A stretch of 64,000 nucleotides of DNA from Aplysia californica (Eukaryota). The position numbers and the translations under genes were made by a program. Of this stretch, positions 45,986 to 58,350 are shown piece by piece. Location of the stretch: NCBI RefSeq assembly GCF_000002075.1, contig NW_004797910.1, positions 144,740-208,739 of the forward strand, in the 5' to 3' direction. Numbering within the stretch: the stretch's first letter is position 1; each line of letters begins with the position of its first letter. Below the pieces are notes generated by a model that had not been told where the DNA came from, searched no databases, and saw only the letters and a list, made by a program, of their open reading frames with translations.

Positions 45986-48613
45986 ATGGGTATTCGAGGT
46001 TTGACAGGTTTCATAGACCGCAATCAACACCTCCTTCATTCGTATGAACTACACAACTGTCCAGTGGTCATTGATGGCAACAACTTCTATCATTTCCTTT
46101 ACTATGGTCGGCATGTTCGTTGCAGCTTTGGAGGAGACTATGACACTTATCGTAAGAGAGTCATCTCGACTTTCCAATCTTTCAAAGCATGTGGTATTAC
46201 ACCTTACGTCATTTTGGATGGAGCATATACAGTGGATGGCAGAAAGCTAAAGACATCACTGTCTCGAGCTAGGGGTCGCATACGATTGGTGGACTGTGCA
46301 TCGAACACGGAACGTGGAACAGTTCTGCCTTCCTTAGCCTATGATACTTTCATGCAAGTTTTGGCAGAATTAGAAATCCCACATGCTACCTGTCAGTTTG
46401 AAGCTGATGGAGAAATTGCTGTTTTAGCCAACAAGCTCAACTGCCCAGTGATCAGCAATGACAGTGATTTCTACATATTTGACATGTCTGGAGGATTCTT
46501 GCCTTTAGACTATGTAGATTTCAATGTGCTTACTAAACCGAAAACAGATGAACTGGATGAGTACAGTTTTCTAGCTGTTCGAAAATATTGTATCGATGAT
46601 CTCATAGAATCTTTTGATGGTCTCAATCGATCGGTGCTGCCAGTGTTTGCCAGTATGCTGGGCAATGATTTCATTAGTGCCAGTGCCTTTGAGTCTTTCT
46701 ACCGCCACTTCAAAGTGCCAAAGATTATCTCAAAAAAGTTTCATTTGCCCCCAAAACTGCATAAGGTCATCAGTGTCCTGCACTGGCTTCATTCACGTGT
46801 TGAAGATACGTCCAAGGTAGAAGAAAAGTTGCTGGAATTTGTTAATTGTGAAAGAAGAGAAAAAGTGCAGGCCATGTTTCGTACTTCTGTCAGTGGGTAC
46901 TGTGATGTACACAACTTTCAAGGGTTTGATTTGCACAAGTTTTTCTTTTGTACTGCTTCTGAAGGCAAGTACCAAATAAGTGCATCAGAAGAGTTCCTAC
47001 AGTATGGTGGGTCTTCTTTTCCTCAATGGTTTTTGGAGGCTTCCGGCCTTGGGGAGCTGAGTCCTTTCATCCTGAATGCTGCAGTCCTTCACCGGGTGAT
47101 CATGTTATGTCAGATGGAGGATCTGAAACAAGACTCGTCTTACACCTGCTCAGAGTCCATACGGAATGTGCTTTATGGAATACTTCTCAAGGATGGTCAC
47201 TTCGACAGCAAAACTTGTACTGTCTCTCAAGTGCCTACTAACTGTGCATCCAAAATATTTGAAAAGAATGTTGACGCTGATGAGGAAGCAAATAGAAATA
47301 GTGAGGAAAATCATGTGAAACAGTCTGTTGCTTCATTTGACAATGATGCAGTGAGTTCAGAAAGTGTTTGTATGGATACAGGAAATGTTGATGAGAGCTT
47401 TTCAGGTATTGATGGAGAGGCGAATGATGAAGTTGGTGAGAATGAACAGAATGATGATTTGATTTCTAACAGGAACGGTGAGACTGCAGATGTTGAGGAC
47501 GACAATGATGAACTTTCCACTTTAGCTGATCAGGAGGAAACATGCCTTGTTCAAGCCGATGCACAACCCTCAAAACAATGGTGTATAGAAGAGTATGGAC
47601 GTTTAAACAAAAGTCTGAAAAAGTCCCTTATTGAGCCTGTATTCAAGGTCAGCCATATTGTACTTCCAGGTCTGACTGAGTTGTCGTCATTGCCACAAGA
47701 AACATGTAGAGAAATACTTTGGGGAGCAATGCAGATTGATCATGTTTGGATTGAGCAGTTTTCTGAGGATCTGAAGCTGTTTGTTGCTTGTCTTGTAGCT
47801 TGGTCCCGCAGTGCACAACCTAAATTGTCACATCTTCATTTAGATGCAGTCATTGTCTCTGTTCTTGTACTTACTGCTAACTTGGTGTTGGAGAGGAGGA
47901 GTCAGAGGAAGAACACCAACACTGAAAGTGTGGAGTCAGACCTTCATGTGCAGGTAGATACTGAAAATGAAATGAATGCTCTTGGTTCTGCTCTTGGAAA
48001 ACCTTTACAGTGCAGCAGTTTGTACAGCTTGGACAAAAAATGTGTGGATATTATACAAACTTGTGAAACATGTACATCTGGTTTTCTTGAGGAATTGAGA
48101 CAAAAGTTGACAAAGTATCACAGACAACCACCTGTGTTTAACCGTAAGACTGTGTATGAGCCACAGGTGACCCATGCTTTTGCCCAACTCCAAGCTTGTG
48201 TGGTTGATGCTCTCAACTTGAACAAATTGTTGCATCTTCCGGTGTCAAATCCCAGACCTGCACAGTTGATCAACGGCACTCTTCTGTACAATCTTTTCAA
48301 TGAGCTTATGGTCCGCCCTAGACCTGATTTGTTTCTGGCCTCTCTCATAGGCAGTGACTCACTTCTTCAAGGGGTGTATATGTTGTTCCGCTCACAAGTG
48401 ATCGGCTATGTAGGTGAAGAACAATATGTTGATCAGTCTTCTTTGCAAGGTAACAAGAAATCACGAAAGAGGAAAGCAAAGGACAAGAAAAAGTCAGCTG
48501 AGGAGGGGAAGTCAGACAGTTGGAAGGAAGAGAGTGAGGAACCCTCTGAAATAAGCACCGTAGCTGGCTTTGATGTGGCTAACAAATTCAGCTTATTGTC
48601 AATGGTTGAGTAA
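45986..48613 (+). CDS. ASTE1: Protein asteroid homolog 1 (XPG/FEN1-like PIN nuclease), single coding exon, 875 aa
   Basis: The true start is likely GCCATGG at 45986 (MGIRGLT), just after a polypyrimidine/TTCAG acceptor ending at 45971. XPG-type motifs VIDGNN, GGDY, VILDG, EADGEIA, SNDSDFYIF and LGNDF are present, plus the asteroid C-terminal HAFAQLQ...LNxLLxxP...NGTLLYN and a terminal NKFSLL. Confidence 0.92.
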   Translation: MGIRGLTGFIDRNQHLLHSYELHNCPVVIDGNNFYHFLYYGRHVRCSFGGDYDTYRKRVISTFQSFKACGITPYVILDGAYTVDGRKLKTSLSRARGRIRLVDCASNTERGTVLPSLAYDTFMQVLAELEIPHATCQFEADGEIAVLANKLNCPVISNDSDFYIFDMSGGFLPLDYVDFNVLTKPKTDELDEYSFLAVRKYCIDDLIESFDGLNRSVLPVFASMLGNDFISASAFESFYRHFKVPKIISKKFHLPPKLHKVISVLHWLHSRVEDTSKVEEKLLEFVNCERREKVQAMFRTSVSGYCDVHNFQGFDLHKFFFCTASEGKYQISASEEFLQYGGSSFPQWFLEASGLGELSPFILNAAVLHRVIMLCQMEDLKQDSSYTCSESIRNVLYGILLKDGHFDSKTCTVSQVPTNCASKIFEKNVDADEEANRNSEENHVKQSVASFDNDAVSSESVCMDTGNVDESFSGIDGEANDEVGENEQNDDLISNRNGETADVEDDNDELSTLADQEETCLVQADAQPSKQWCIEEYGRLNKSLKKSLIEPVFKVSHIVLPGLTELSSLPQETCREILWGAMQIDHVWIEQFSEDLKLFVACLVAWSRSAQPKLSHLHLDAVIVSVLVLTANLVLERRSQRKNTNTESVESDLHVQVDTENEMNALGSALGKPLQCSSLYSLDKKCVDIIQTCETCTSGFLEELRQKLTKYHRQPPVFNRKTVYEPQVTHAFAQLQACVVDALNLNKLLHLPVSNPRPAQLINGTLLYNLFNELMVRPRPDLFLASLIGSDSLLQGVYMLFRSQVIGYVGEEQYVDQSSLQGNKKSRKRKAKDKKKSAEEGKSDSWKEESEEPSEISTVAGFDVANKFSLLSMVE

Positions 48614-50321
48614 ATTTTTGTACTTTAAGATGTTTGGAATGGAAATATGACGTACAACAAAAGAACATACATAAATGAGTACATTGTGTGTACATATTAT
48701 ATGTTCATTTTATGATACATATAGCATTGTATGTGATGGGGGGGACTAGCAAATACAATAATAAAAAATCGGGAAAAAATGTTCTTGAAGTTCATAACAA
48801 CATTTTTATTTTCAGTCACATTTTGCTTGTAAGGGATGTCTAAATCATGCAAGTAGACTCTCATTTTTTATCAAAGTGGCTACCTTTTCACACAGATTTG
48901 GGGCTGTGATTGACCTGTGACATACATTTGGACTTGCTGTTCTTGTGTCTAATTAGTGAATACTGCTCTTATGATTGCTTTGGTCATTGCATTCTTTAAT
49001 CTGCACAATGTTTTTCTCTGCCCACCCTTCCAAAATTTCGCAAAAATGGTACATCTTGTAGTGGAATAAATTACTGACTTGAAACTGTTAGATCTAATTT
49101 AGCAGTAGCCCAAACTAAATGGAGTGTTAACTTTTGGGGCATCTGTGATTTCAGTTCTATATCTTTGGTAAATGATTATTATGGTCCTAGTGTTTTAGTC
49201 CAATTCACATTTTTTTTCAAAACAAAGAAATTTATATATATAGTGCTGTTTTCCAAATCTGGACTCCAGCCCTTTGATCTACCCTTGTACTTTTCATTTA
49301 TTATGTATGCCCATTATATGTATAAATGTGAGGCATCGTGATGAAATTAGGTGCTCGTCAAAATAATGAAATCGAAGAAAATGGCATTTTTCTGTCCGTT
49401 TGGCAATTTTTATCGATGTTTGTTTTTTGACTCAACACCTTTCAGGTCCTTTAAAATTAAAAACACATTTCTGTGCTGATTTTACTGAAAAATATTGTTG
49501 TAAAGCACAAAAATGTAAGTCGCCAAACTTTGGTGGCCATTTTCTTGTTATTTTTAACTATGAAACCAGGCGACCCCACCTCCTTCAATCACAAATATCT
49601 CGACCTCTGTTCATAATAGATGAGTATTTATTTTTGCCGAATGCAAGACAAATGAACAAGCTTCAAAATGATACCAATAACTCGACATGTCTATTAATTG
49701 ACGAGCGCCTGTTTCCACCGNNNNNNNNNNNNNNNNNNNNNNNNNNNNNNNNNNNNNNNNNNNNNNNNNNNNNNNNNNNNNNNNNNNNNNNNNNNNNNNN
49801 NNNNNNNNNNNNNNNNNNNNNNNNNNNNNNNNNNNNNNNNNNNNNNNNNNNNNNNNNNNNNNNNNNNNNNNNNNNNNNNNNNNNNNNNNNNNNNNNNNNN
49901 NNNNNNNGTTTGGTGTGGGTCTGTACATGTATGTTCTTTCTTGCTGGATTCTAAGTGAACTCTCATATACCCAAGACAAATCCTATGGATTGCAGGTGGG
50001 CCGGGTGGGTACTCTCATGCATATTTGGTCAGGTCATATGTATACCTCATACTTTAAGTTAAAAGGTGCTTCATTTATTATGGTTTTTAATGAACTTCCT
50101 TAGATGGGTTGCTTCCAGATTCTGGGTCTTGCTTCCTCCTCTGATTATTCAGCGTTTCTTTTCTGACTTTGCTAATGATGTATTCCCACGACTTGTTGTT
50201 GCCAATACTCTGTGAAGACTTAAAATAACATTGTTTAATCTGACAGTCAGTGATATGTGGTTTGGACCCTTTTTCCCCCCTGAGTTCTCTCTGTAATGGT
50301 TTTTTAAAATAATGTTATACC

Positions 50322-50712
50322 TCCAGGGCGGTGCTACTGACTGAAGTGTCTTTAGGCCATTCCCAAAGGGGTGACATTAACCTGTTCTTATGCTCTGTAA
50401 AATTGTAAATTGACTGATTCATCGATGTCATGCTCATAAGTGTGCCTGAACTGCAACAGGGAACTGCTGCTTTTTCTTTCCTAATCCTTACTATCGCCAA
50501 TTTTCCTCTACTTCTTTTGTGTGTTTGTCGTGCTCTTGTGACCTGCTCTTTCCGGGGTGCCTTGACAGTTGAAGCTGACTTTGTGCTGTTGAAATTAGAG
50601 AGGTGAGCAGAGTAAGTCTGATTCCCTGTAAGGACTTCTCTGTTGACATCCGCCCTTTGTTACTCATATGACTTTACTTTATGCAGTTGCGAGCGCCGTA
50701 AAACCTCTAGTA
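50322..50712 (+). mobile_element. Retroposon 3' fragment with the shared LINE-type tail
   Basis: Collinear with 19420-19766; ends TATGCAGTTGCGAGCGCCGTAAAAC. Confidence 0.7.
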
Positions 50713-51604
50713 AAAAATATTTAAAAAATAATATTATTATACATGTGTATATATGTGTCTGAAATATTCAAATACTAACAAGTAATGCAACTCTTTACTA
50801 CTCTTTATCTAAGAACTTGTGTGGTCTAGGGTGGTCTAAATGAATTGCTCCTCCAAATGGCTGATTTCCAAAGTCTGAAAAGGGTACATGTAATATTTTG
50901 TATTTGGTTGACACCGGCCCCTTTTTTCAACTTTTAAATTTTAAATTATTTTTTACCATTCAAGAAGAAGTACAGATCTCTTCAAATGGAATACTACTAC
51001 TACTACTATTATAACTTTTTAATTACTTTCCTTATATTGATCCGTTTTTTGCCATTATACCATCTCTTTCCTTTAGGTTTAAATACTAATACTGCTGGAC
51101 ACTCTGTGAGCAAATGCTGTCAACCAGATATTTTCAACTTTAGCTGATTTCCTAATACGAAGTATTTACTTATAGCTTTGTGAACTTATGAAAATAGTTT
51201 TTATTTCTTTTCCTGGGACTCATGTCAAAGTGTTGCCAGGATTTGAACCCATGATCTAACATCTGAGAGTCTGGCAGCATGCTTGCTAGAGTAGCATGTC
51301 CTCTGTTGTCATTTTGGGACTCAGCAATTCCTTCTCCTGGTTTTATCAATGAATTGTTATTGTGATTTTAATACAATGTATGAGTAGTAAGTACAAATGT
51401 AACTGTTATATTATGCAATGTGCATATTACACCTATTACATATTCCATTTAAGTGAGTGTGAGAGTAAATTGAATTAAATCTCATTATAAACCCTAAGCA
51501 GTGATTAACTTTGTTTTTCTTTGAATATACATGTATTTGATATTGTGTGTACCATCATCTTATTTTATGGTGTTACTGGAAAGGTTAGAATTTAAATAAA
51601 ATAT

Positions 51605-52150
51605 GGGGCTCTTGCGGTCTAAAGGTACATTGTTTGCCTCTCGTTCAATAGGTTGCGGGTTCAAAACCTGACAGACTGACTGTGACGGGGATAATTTTCT
51701 CCTCTAAAAATGTTCTCCTTTTCCACCTCCTTTCCTGCTCTCTTACTAGACTATGTTCTGTCATCTGCTTTTGTCTCCACTTTCTGCCCTCCCCCCGCCT
51801 CCGCCCTTGCCCCTTCCTCTGGGCTCCTGACTCTTTCTGCTGCCTCTTTACTGCTACTGGCTCCTTCTTACTGTTGTTTTTCAACTACAGCACTGATCTT
51901 AGGGAAGGTAAGATCTAACACCACCTAGTTTTCTTGGATAAGGGGAAAAAATCTCGGAGGTCCAATGTGCATGTTGCGCACGTATTAGATCCCTTGCCTT
52001 GGTGGTCCTAACATCGATAAAAGTAGGTTTCTGTCTCCACCTGCGCAAAATTCCAAATAAAGTCCTTGTAAACTGAAAATGCTTAGTGTCCTGTGCGCTC
52101 ATATGGCCTATTGCAGTTGGGAACGCTGTAAAACGCGAGCCAGATAAAAA
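51605..52150 (+). mobile_element. Full-length tRNA-derived SINE, family S1, with LINE-type 3' tail
   Basis: GGGGCTCTTGCGGTCTAAAGG A-box-like head, GGGTTCAAAACC B-box, pyrimidine-rich body, tail GCGCTCATATGGCCTATTGCAGTTGGGAACGCTGTAAAAC. Confidence 0.8.
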
Positions 52151-52659
52151 GTTAATTTTTGTTTGTTTGAAGAAATGTGTGGGCTCCTCTTGAGGTCTTG
52201 TTTGACACAAGCCCNNNNNNNNNNNNNNNNNNNNNNNNNNNNNNNNNNNNNNNNNNNNNNNNNNNNNNNNNNNNNNNNNNNNNNNNNNNNNNNNNNNNNN
52301 NNNNNNNNNNNNNNATATATCATAAAAAGAATCATTTCAGTCTTCGATATGCACATAATGAGCACAACCATTTGATGATAAAGTCAAAGTAAAATCAACT
52401 TGATTGGGGAAACAGGCAAAAAAGTTCGAACAGAAGCGAAATCAGTTGTCATGATTATGAGCAATAGCATTCTCTATCATTCAGCTTTTTGGAATCGTGT
52501 ACAGAAAACGCGAGACTTATTTATTGAGGAAATCCCAGTATACTATTGAGAAAAATACTAAACAATTCTATGCATGCTAGTGACAACAGCAAGGTACTTG
52601 ATGACGTCACAACAGGGGCCGCGCTCGGACACTTCCGGCTGTTGAAAGGAGCTGTAGAT

Positions 52660-52825
52660 GAAAGAAAAATAAATATATATAGGTTACAGTAGACCATCTA
52701 CTTTTTCGACGACAACGTAGACGTAAAATTTGAATTATGCCATTTATTACCGTTCTAGGGTTCCTTTACACATTCACATACGCATTTGTGCTCGCAAGCA
52801 ACTTTCGTGCATACACATACACACA
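52660..52825 (+). repeat. 166-bp direct duplicate, copy 1
   Basis: Identical by eye to 62636-62801. Confidence 0.9.
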
Positions 52826-53199
52826 CAAGCCCCCCCCCCCCCCCCCCCCTACGAAGGCTGCTCTCCCATTTCAGGCACTCTGTTGCACAACATGTAAACA
52901 TGTACATGTCCTGTACGTGTATAATATTTTGGAGACTGGTGGACTCATGAAAATAAAAGAATGTCATTTTAAAAAGTTCAAGACCAGATTACATCTGTTG
53001 GTATACACATACCATGCTATTATTACATCAAGCCATGGCAGTGACATATATGTCCTGTTGAAAATTACAGAAGTGATCTATCATATATTTATTTACTTCC
53101 TCTTTGTTGCTGTTACATGTACTTTAAAGGCCATCGTCTAATGGTTTTGTTCTTCTCGAACTTACACTATATGTTATGGGTTTACCCCCTTTTCAGCAC

Positions 53200-53720
53200 T
53201 GTCAGGTTATTTTAGAGGCGGAAACCTCCACCAGGGCCGAATGAAGAGAAGAGAAGTTTAAGTCTGGTGAACGAGCCGGATGAGGCAATTTATTTTGATG
53301 TTGTTTTCCCTCAAGAACTGCTGTGGTACACTGGCAATATGAGGTCTTGAATTGTTTTGCTGGAAAAAAGAAGTTTGAATGCCCTTGGAAAAAGGGCACC
53401 ACTTGATGGTGAAGAACCTGGGCCATGTAGCGCTTACGTGGGACCCCATTTCCTTGTCAATGACCCTTAAACCTTTGTCAGAATATTCTTGAAGTTAGAT
53501 TTTGAAGAAGTTTTCGTAGCTCCATCCATCTATTTATGTCTGATCTTTCAGATGTCATGTGTGCCGGTATTGAATCAAAAGTGTCTGCCGTTTGTGGTGA
53601 AGCTGCTAGGAGCATGGCGTTGCACACTAAAGACGCAAGTTCAAGTCCTGTGTAGGGTGAATTTGTATCGAATATCTTGGTCTTTATGCAGGGACGTTGT
53701 ACAGTACAGTGTGTCCCTCT
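53200..53720 (-). mobile_element. Highly degenerate Tc1 transposase fragment
   Basis: FQQNNSRPH and HPARSPDLN motifs in different frames. Confidence 0.65.
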
Positions 53721-53974
53721 CAGTAGTCTCAGCTTAGTTGGCCATGATAAGCTGGGTTGAAGTCTGCATCCTAAATTATATTACTTGTGTCGATTGGGGC
53801 GTAAAAACGCCTACCTAATTTATTTTTTTAAATTCGGGGGTTCTTCCTTCAACATCATCATCTTTGCCTTTTTCAAACTGGATCAGGATATAATATAGAT
53901 CTAGGTCACGAACAAACCCTTTCCACCTTTCCCTTTTCTGGGCTAGATCTAGATCTAGTTGCTCTCTTTATCTT

Positions 53975-54190
53975 TTACTTGTACCCTGTGGGTTCGAATC
54001 CAACACTTTCCTTGTTATGCAGCTGCTTGTATTCCTGAGAGTATGTCCAATCTATAGCCACCACCTTCTTCCCACCTTGTCTGTGACTGTGCCCTGTCCT
54101 GTTCTCCTTAGTACTTCCTTGTTGGTGACCCTTTCTGTCCGTCTGATCCCCAGCAATTTCCTTAAACAAAAATTCAAGAAAGCCTGGATC
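53975..54190 (-). mobile_element. RTE-clade LINE 3' fragment
   Basis: A minus-strand frame reads CLRKLLGIRRTERVTNKEVLRRTGQ...RRWWL*IGHTLR...NPQG, typical of the RTE ORF C-terminus. Confidence 0.75.
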
Positions 54191-54814
54191 TTCTTAATGC
54201 AGGTCTGAGATACGTTCCTTACGGCACCGTACTCAAAAAGAGGCCGTTATATTCGTAAGATACGCCAATTACAAAACAAAACCAATTAAAACAAAACAGA
54301 ACGAAACAAAAACAACAACAAAAACTTTTGGGTTATCAGATGCATTCATGTAAACAAGGTTTTAAGTCTCGTTCGCAGAAATTTGAGAAGTGAAATAAGA
54401 TAACTGCAAGAGGTCTTCGAAACAAAATTTTATTTAAATTTATAAAACAGCTGAAGATATAACGTGCAAAGAACAAATGTGAGTGAGGTGAAGATGTACC
54501 CCTTTCTTGTACATGTTGTATTGATTAGAAGAATCAAGAAATACCATGGTGTTCTAGTGTAGGTACCTACACCTTGTACAGTGAATCGACTGATTAGACA
54601 AAATTGACAGAAGGAATAACAGAAACAGTAGTAATAGCAAAATCGAGTTGAATTTTAGGCACAACTAAATTTTACCCCCCCCCCCCCCCCCCGTTTTCCC
54701 CCTCCCTCGTTTTTTTTACTCTTTCATCAACGTGTCCAAACGGAGATTTTCCCCGTTAAATTAAGAATACACAGTAATGTAACTACCCCTCATTTTTCTA
54801 CAATGGTTCTTTAA

Positions 54815-55067
54815 CCCTATCCGTACGCCCTGGGGTCATTTTGTACCCCGGGGGGTTGTATTCTTCACATTTTAGAGTACTTCTGGTACGAAGATCTCTT
54901 TGAAACTTTCAGTAGGCCTATTTCTTTTTAAAAAATCATTTTGACAGACTGCTATGCAAAGCATACAGATCGGATGGATTAACGAGTGAATTTCCTCTTT
55001 GGAAAGTGGTGGCACGGAGTTCCCTTGTCGTATGGGTACGATAGTAAAACCCGATGTACGGATAGGG
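54815..55067. mobile_element. piggyBac-type MITE
   Basis: TTAA|CCCTATCCGTAC...GTACGGATAGGG|TTAA. Confidence 0.9.
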
Positions 55068-57049
55068 TTAAACTAACATATTCACGTATTTTTTAACAAA
55101 ACACCACTTTCTTTTTCAGCATTACCTTCCAGAATCTACCAGTAACTGTTCTTTTTCAAAAGTATAGAGTGATTTCTATTCACACACAGCGCCCTTAACT
55201 AATTGCACTAAAGCGGTGCAGTCACAGCGCTAAGCTCTTAATTAAGCCCCATCATGGTGTGTGTGCTATTTTCTCTATTATGTTGGCTACTCTTAACGTA
55301 TTTTAACGATTTTAGCCCCATCTACACCCCGTTTTTTTCGTCTTATTAAGCCTGTTTGAAGACAGCCATAATAAAAAGGACACCTGTTATAAGTGACCTT
55401 GTTTTCCAGAAGAAGAAAAAACATGCGTAGTCTATTTTAAAATGCTTTCAGTTCAGCTCAACTCAATGACATTGCTTCTGAAGAATGTTTTCTGTGAAGG
55501 GCTGAGTTTGGTCAAAGTCACTTTAGTGTACACCCCCTGCAATAAGTTATTTCATGGTTTCTGTTACTGGGTTACCTCATCGGAAAGGGAATATATAGAA
55601 AGAGAGTCGAGGGGAAGGGTGGGGAGGGAGGAGGGGGGGGGGGGGGGGGTAAATGTTTAGTTTTGCCATTCCCTAGGTGAGTGATACCAGTGAGTTGTCA
55701 AGTGTCCACGATGAGCATATTATGATGTATTTGCTGATAGACGTGAAGAGGACACGTCCTCCAAGGCACTGCTCACACCAGTCTGGAGGGTCTGGTGCGC
55801 TGGTCGGGCGCTCTAACCTCTCGGACAGCAGAGCGCATGAGTCAAGGTACTTGAATTATGGAATTTTATACAGGAAAAAGAAAATCACATATAAAGAGCA
55901 AACATTCTATTCAAAAAATGATGTTGTATATATAATAATATATACTGGGCTAGGTGTTTGGTTCTACTTCTACACTGTGTGGCGCAAATAGTCTCTTACA
56001 TTTCGCTACCATAGAATTACAAAGTTCTTTCTGCTCTGTACCCAGTTTTGGGAATTTTCATGTTAAAGATTTTCATTTTCACAATATGTCAAGCCTTTTT
56101 TAACTCAATTTTTTGAATATCCTGATAACAACTTCGAATAATCTTACGGTTTTGATGGAGCAGATTGAACATTTGGTTTCTGACCACATCGTCGTGGAAT
56201 TGTGAAAGAAATTTGCAATGTGCTTGCGCAATTGTTTAAATTCTAAGGTAGGCCTACCGGTAGGGCCTACTAAAGCGCATCAATTTATACACTAACTGAG
56301 GTAATAACGTTTACCTCAGAAGATTGACCATGGTCTAAATTTAGGAAAACTAGCTAAATAAAAGGTTGATGGTTTTAAAGTTACAGGGACTCAATGCGGA
56401 GACGTTGTTTGTTGTAGTTTTCGATGTTGCAGTGGCATTGGCAGGTGGAAAACAAACAACGAGTATTGTAGGCCACAAGCACAAGTTGATGTTCTCTATA
56501 GGCCTACACATAGCGCACTTTATTTCACTAAGGTTGTGCACTAGTCTCGGACAATGAGAAGACGTTTCACATCTCGTAAGAATATTTACGGGATAAAGAA
56601 ATAGCCAAAGTTCACGAACAAAGGGATCATCATAGTCATAGCAAGTCAAATGAGGAAAATTCTCATTTTTTAACCCTCTAATTAACTAAGTAGCCTATAT
56701 TGTATCTGTGATACAATGGTCTTTGGCTTTTGCATCACCCATTACAAAGTACAAGAGAAGTTGTTAAAATGGGCAGTTTATGAGCTTACGAATACATATA
56801 CAAACTTATCAAATCATGGTACTTTATGATACACACATACATTTATCATTATCGTTCTTATTCGCACCATGGGCATTGAAGTTGACTTCCTCGACTGGCA
56901 GAGAGCGAACAAATTATGCATGGCGCAAACTGAAATTTAAGCTTTCAAATTCAACAAGTAACCTATTCTCAAGCTTTTGTTGGGGCCTGTCAACAGCAGT
57001 TGTCTCAGGTATTTTCTATAATAAATCAAAGGCTGAGAACTGAGCGATG

Positions 57050-57265
57050 GCGTCACTGGTGTAGTATTAGACCTTTCGCCTTTGCAGGCTGCAAACGTGT
57101 GTTCGGATTCCTAGGAGAAGATATGTTTTTAAAATCGAGCATCTATTCTCCGTCTGTCTCTTGGGATGGTGTATCTCACTCAGCCCCGGTCTGCTCTGAC
57201 AGGCAGGGTCGAGTCAGCCCACCCCCAAAATCACATATAGGGTGTTGATAGGGGCGTGAAAATGG
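57050..57265 (+). mobile_element. tRNA-derived SINE, family S2
   Basis: tRNA-like head, central CTGACAGGCAGGGTCGA block shared with 58147-58350 and 30520-30693 (minus), tail TTGATAGGGGCGT. Confidence 0.6.
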
Positions 57266-57280
57266 TGAAATGGTATGACC

Positions 57281-57490
57281 TTAACGCCCCTATCAACACT
57301 ATTGGGTTATTTAAGGGGCGGGACCTCCTAGTTTAACGTCTGTCTCCGATAGGACCGAGCCACGTGGGAAGTTCGTGTAAAGTGTCTTTCCCAAGGACAC
57401 AACGTCGGACCGAGCTGAGGCTCGAACCCCGAACCCGCAATCTCACGATTACAAGTCCGGTAGCCTATCCACTAGGCTACCGACGCCACG
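57281..57490 (-). mobile_element. tRNA-derived CORE-like SINE, family S3
   Basis: Minus strand: GGTAGCCTAGTGG A-box, GGTTCGAGCC B-box, GTGTCCTTGGGAAAGACACTTT core block, tail TTGATAGGGGCGTTAA. Confidence 0.75.
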
Positions 57491-58146
57491 ATAGGGGCAT
57501 ACAACATTTACAATTGCAGTTGCAATGAACACTGAACTATAAAAAGTAGCTAAAATGAGCATCCCAAAATCTGTTTCAGGGCGAGGGAAATCATTAGGTA
57601 GAAACGAATTTTTTATTTCCATTAGAAAACATGTACCGACCTCGAATAAATAAAGATTTTGCACAGCCCTACTCTTCCTCTTGTATTGTGTAGAAACCTA
57701 AACAGATTGGGGCACACACCTTTAGTTTCATTGGCTGCTGTTTTTGTTGTGGTTGTTGTTTTCGGCGGTAGTGCTGCTGCTGTGATACGTTTGTTGAGTT
57801 TTTTTTCTTACATTGACAGAGTGATACATAGATCTATAGCTCTCTATGTGTTCTCCAGACCTTAAAGGAACGTGTGTGACTGTGAGTGCTTAAAAAAAAA
57901 GGAAACAGTATAACGCATTTACACATACATGGTAAGCTCATGAAGTAGAGATTATCTATGATGCGTAAGACAAGAATGACAAACAAAACAATAGGCATAG
58001 TATTTAGTGCAGGTTTAGAATAATTTAGACATTGTAGTTTCGGTTTAACCGACACCAGATTTCTAGTTTACATCATACATTGGTAAAACAAATCAAGAAC
58101 AACAAAATCTCAAAAACTGTGCTTTATGTGAGAGTTATTGGTGTCT

Positions 58147-58350
58147 GTGGCATAGCGGCCAGTCGTTTCGTTGTCGCACGCGGGAAACCCGAGTCCCGAG
58201 TTCGATTCCCGAGTGGGGAGAAATTCTCGAGTGTCCCGGTCTCTCTACTGGGATGTTGTATCCTTCTCAGCCCGGGTTGACCCTGACAGGCAGGGCTGGA
58301 AGCCTGCCTACTAAATAATCTAAACTGTATCTAAGGGGGCGTACAAACAT
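58147..58350 (+). mobile_element. SINE S2 copy
   Basis: TGGCATAGCGG A-box, GAGTTCGATTCCC B-box, CCCTGACAGGCAGGG block. Confidence 0.7.

Noticed and set aside
52737-53141. Paralogous small proteins MPFITVLGFL... (also 62713-63021)
   Set aside because: Similarity is limited to the 166-bp exact duplicate; the frames diverge at poly-C with no coding signature
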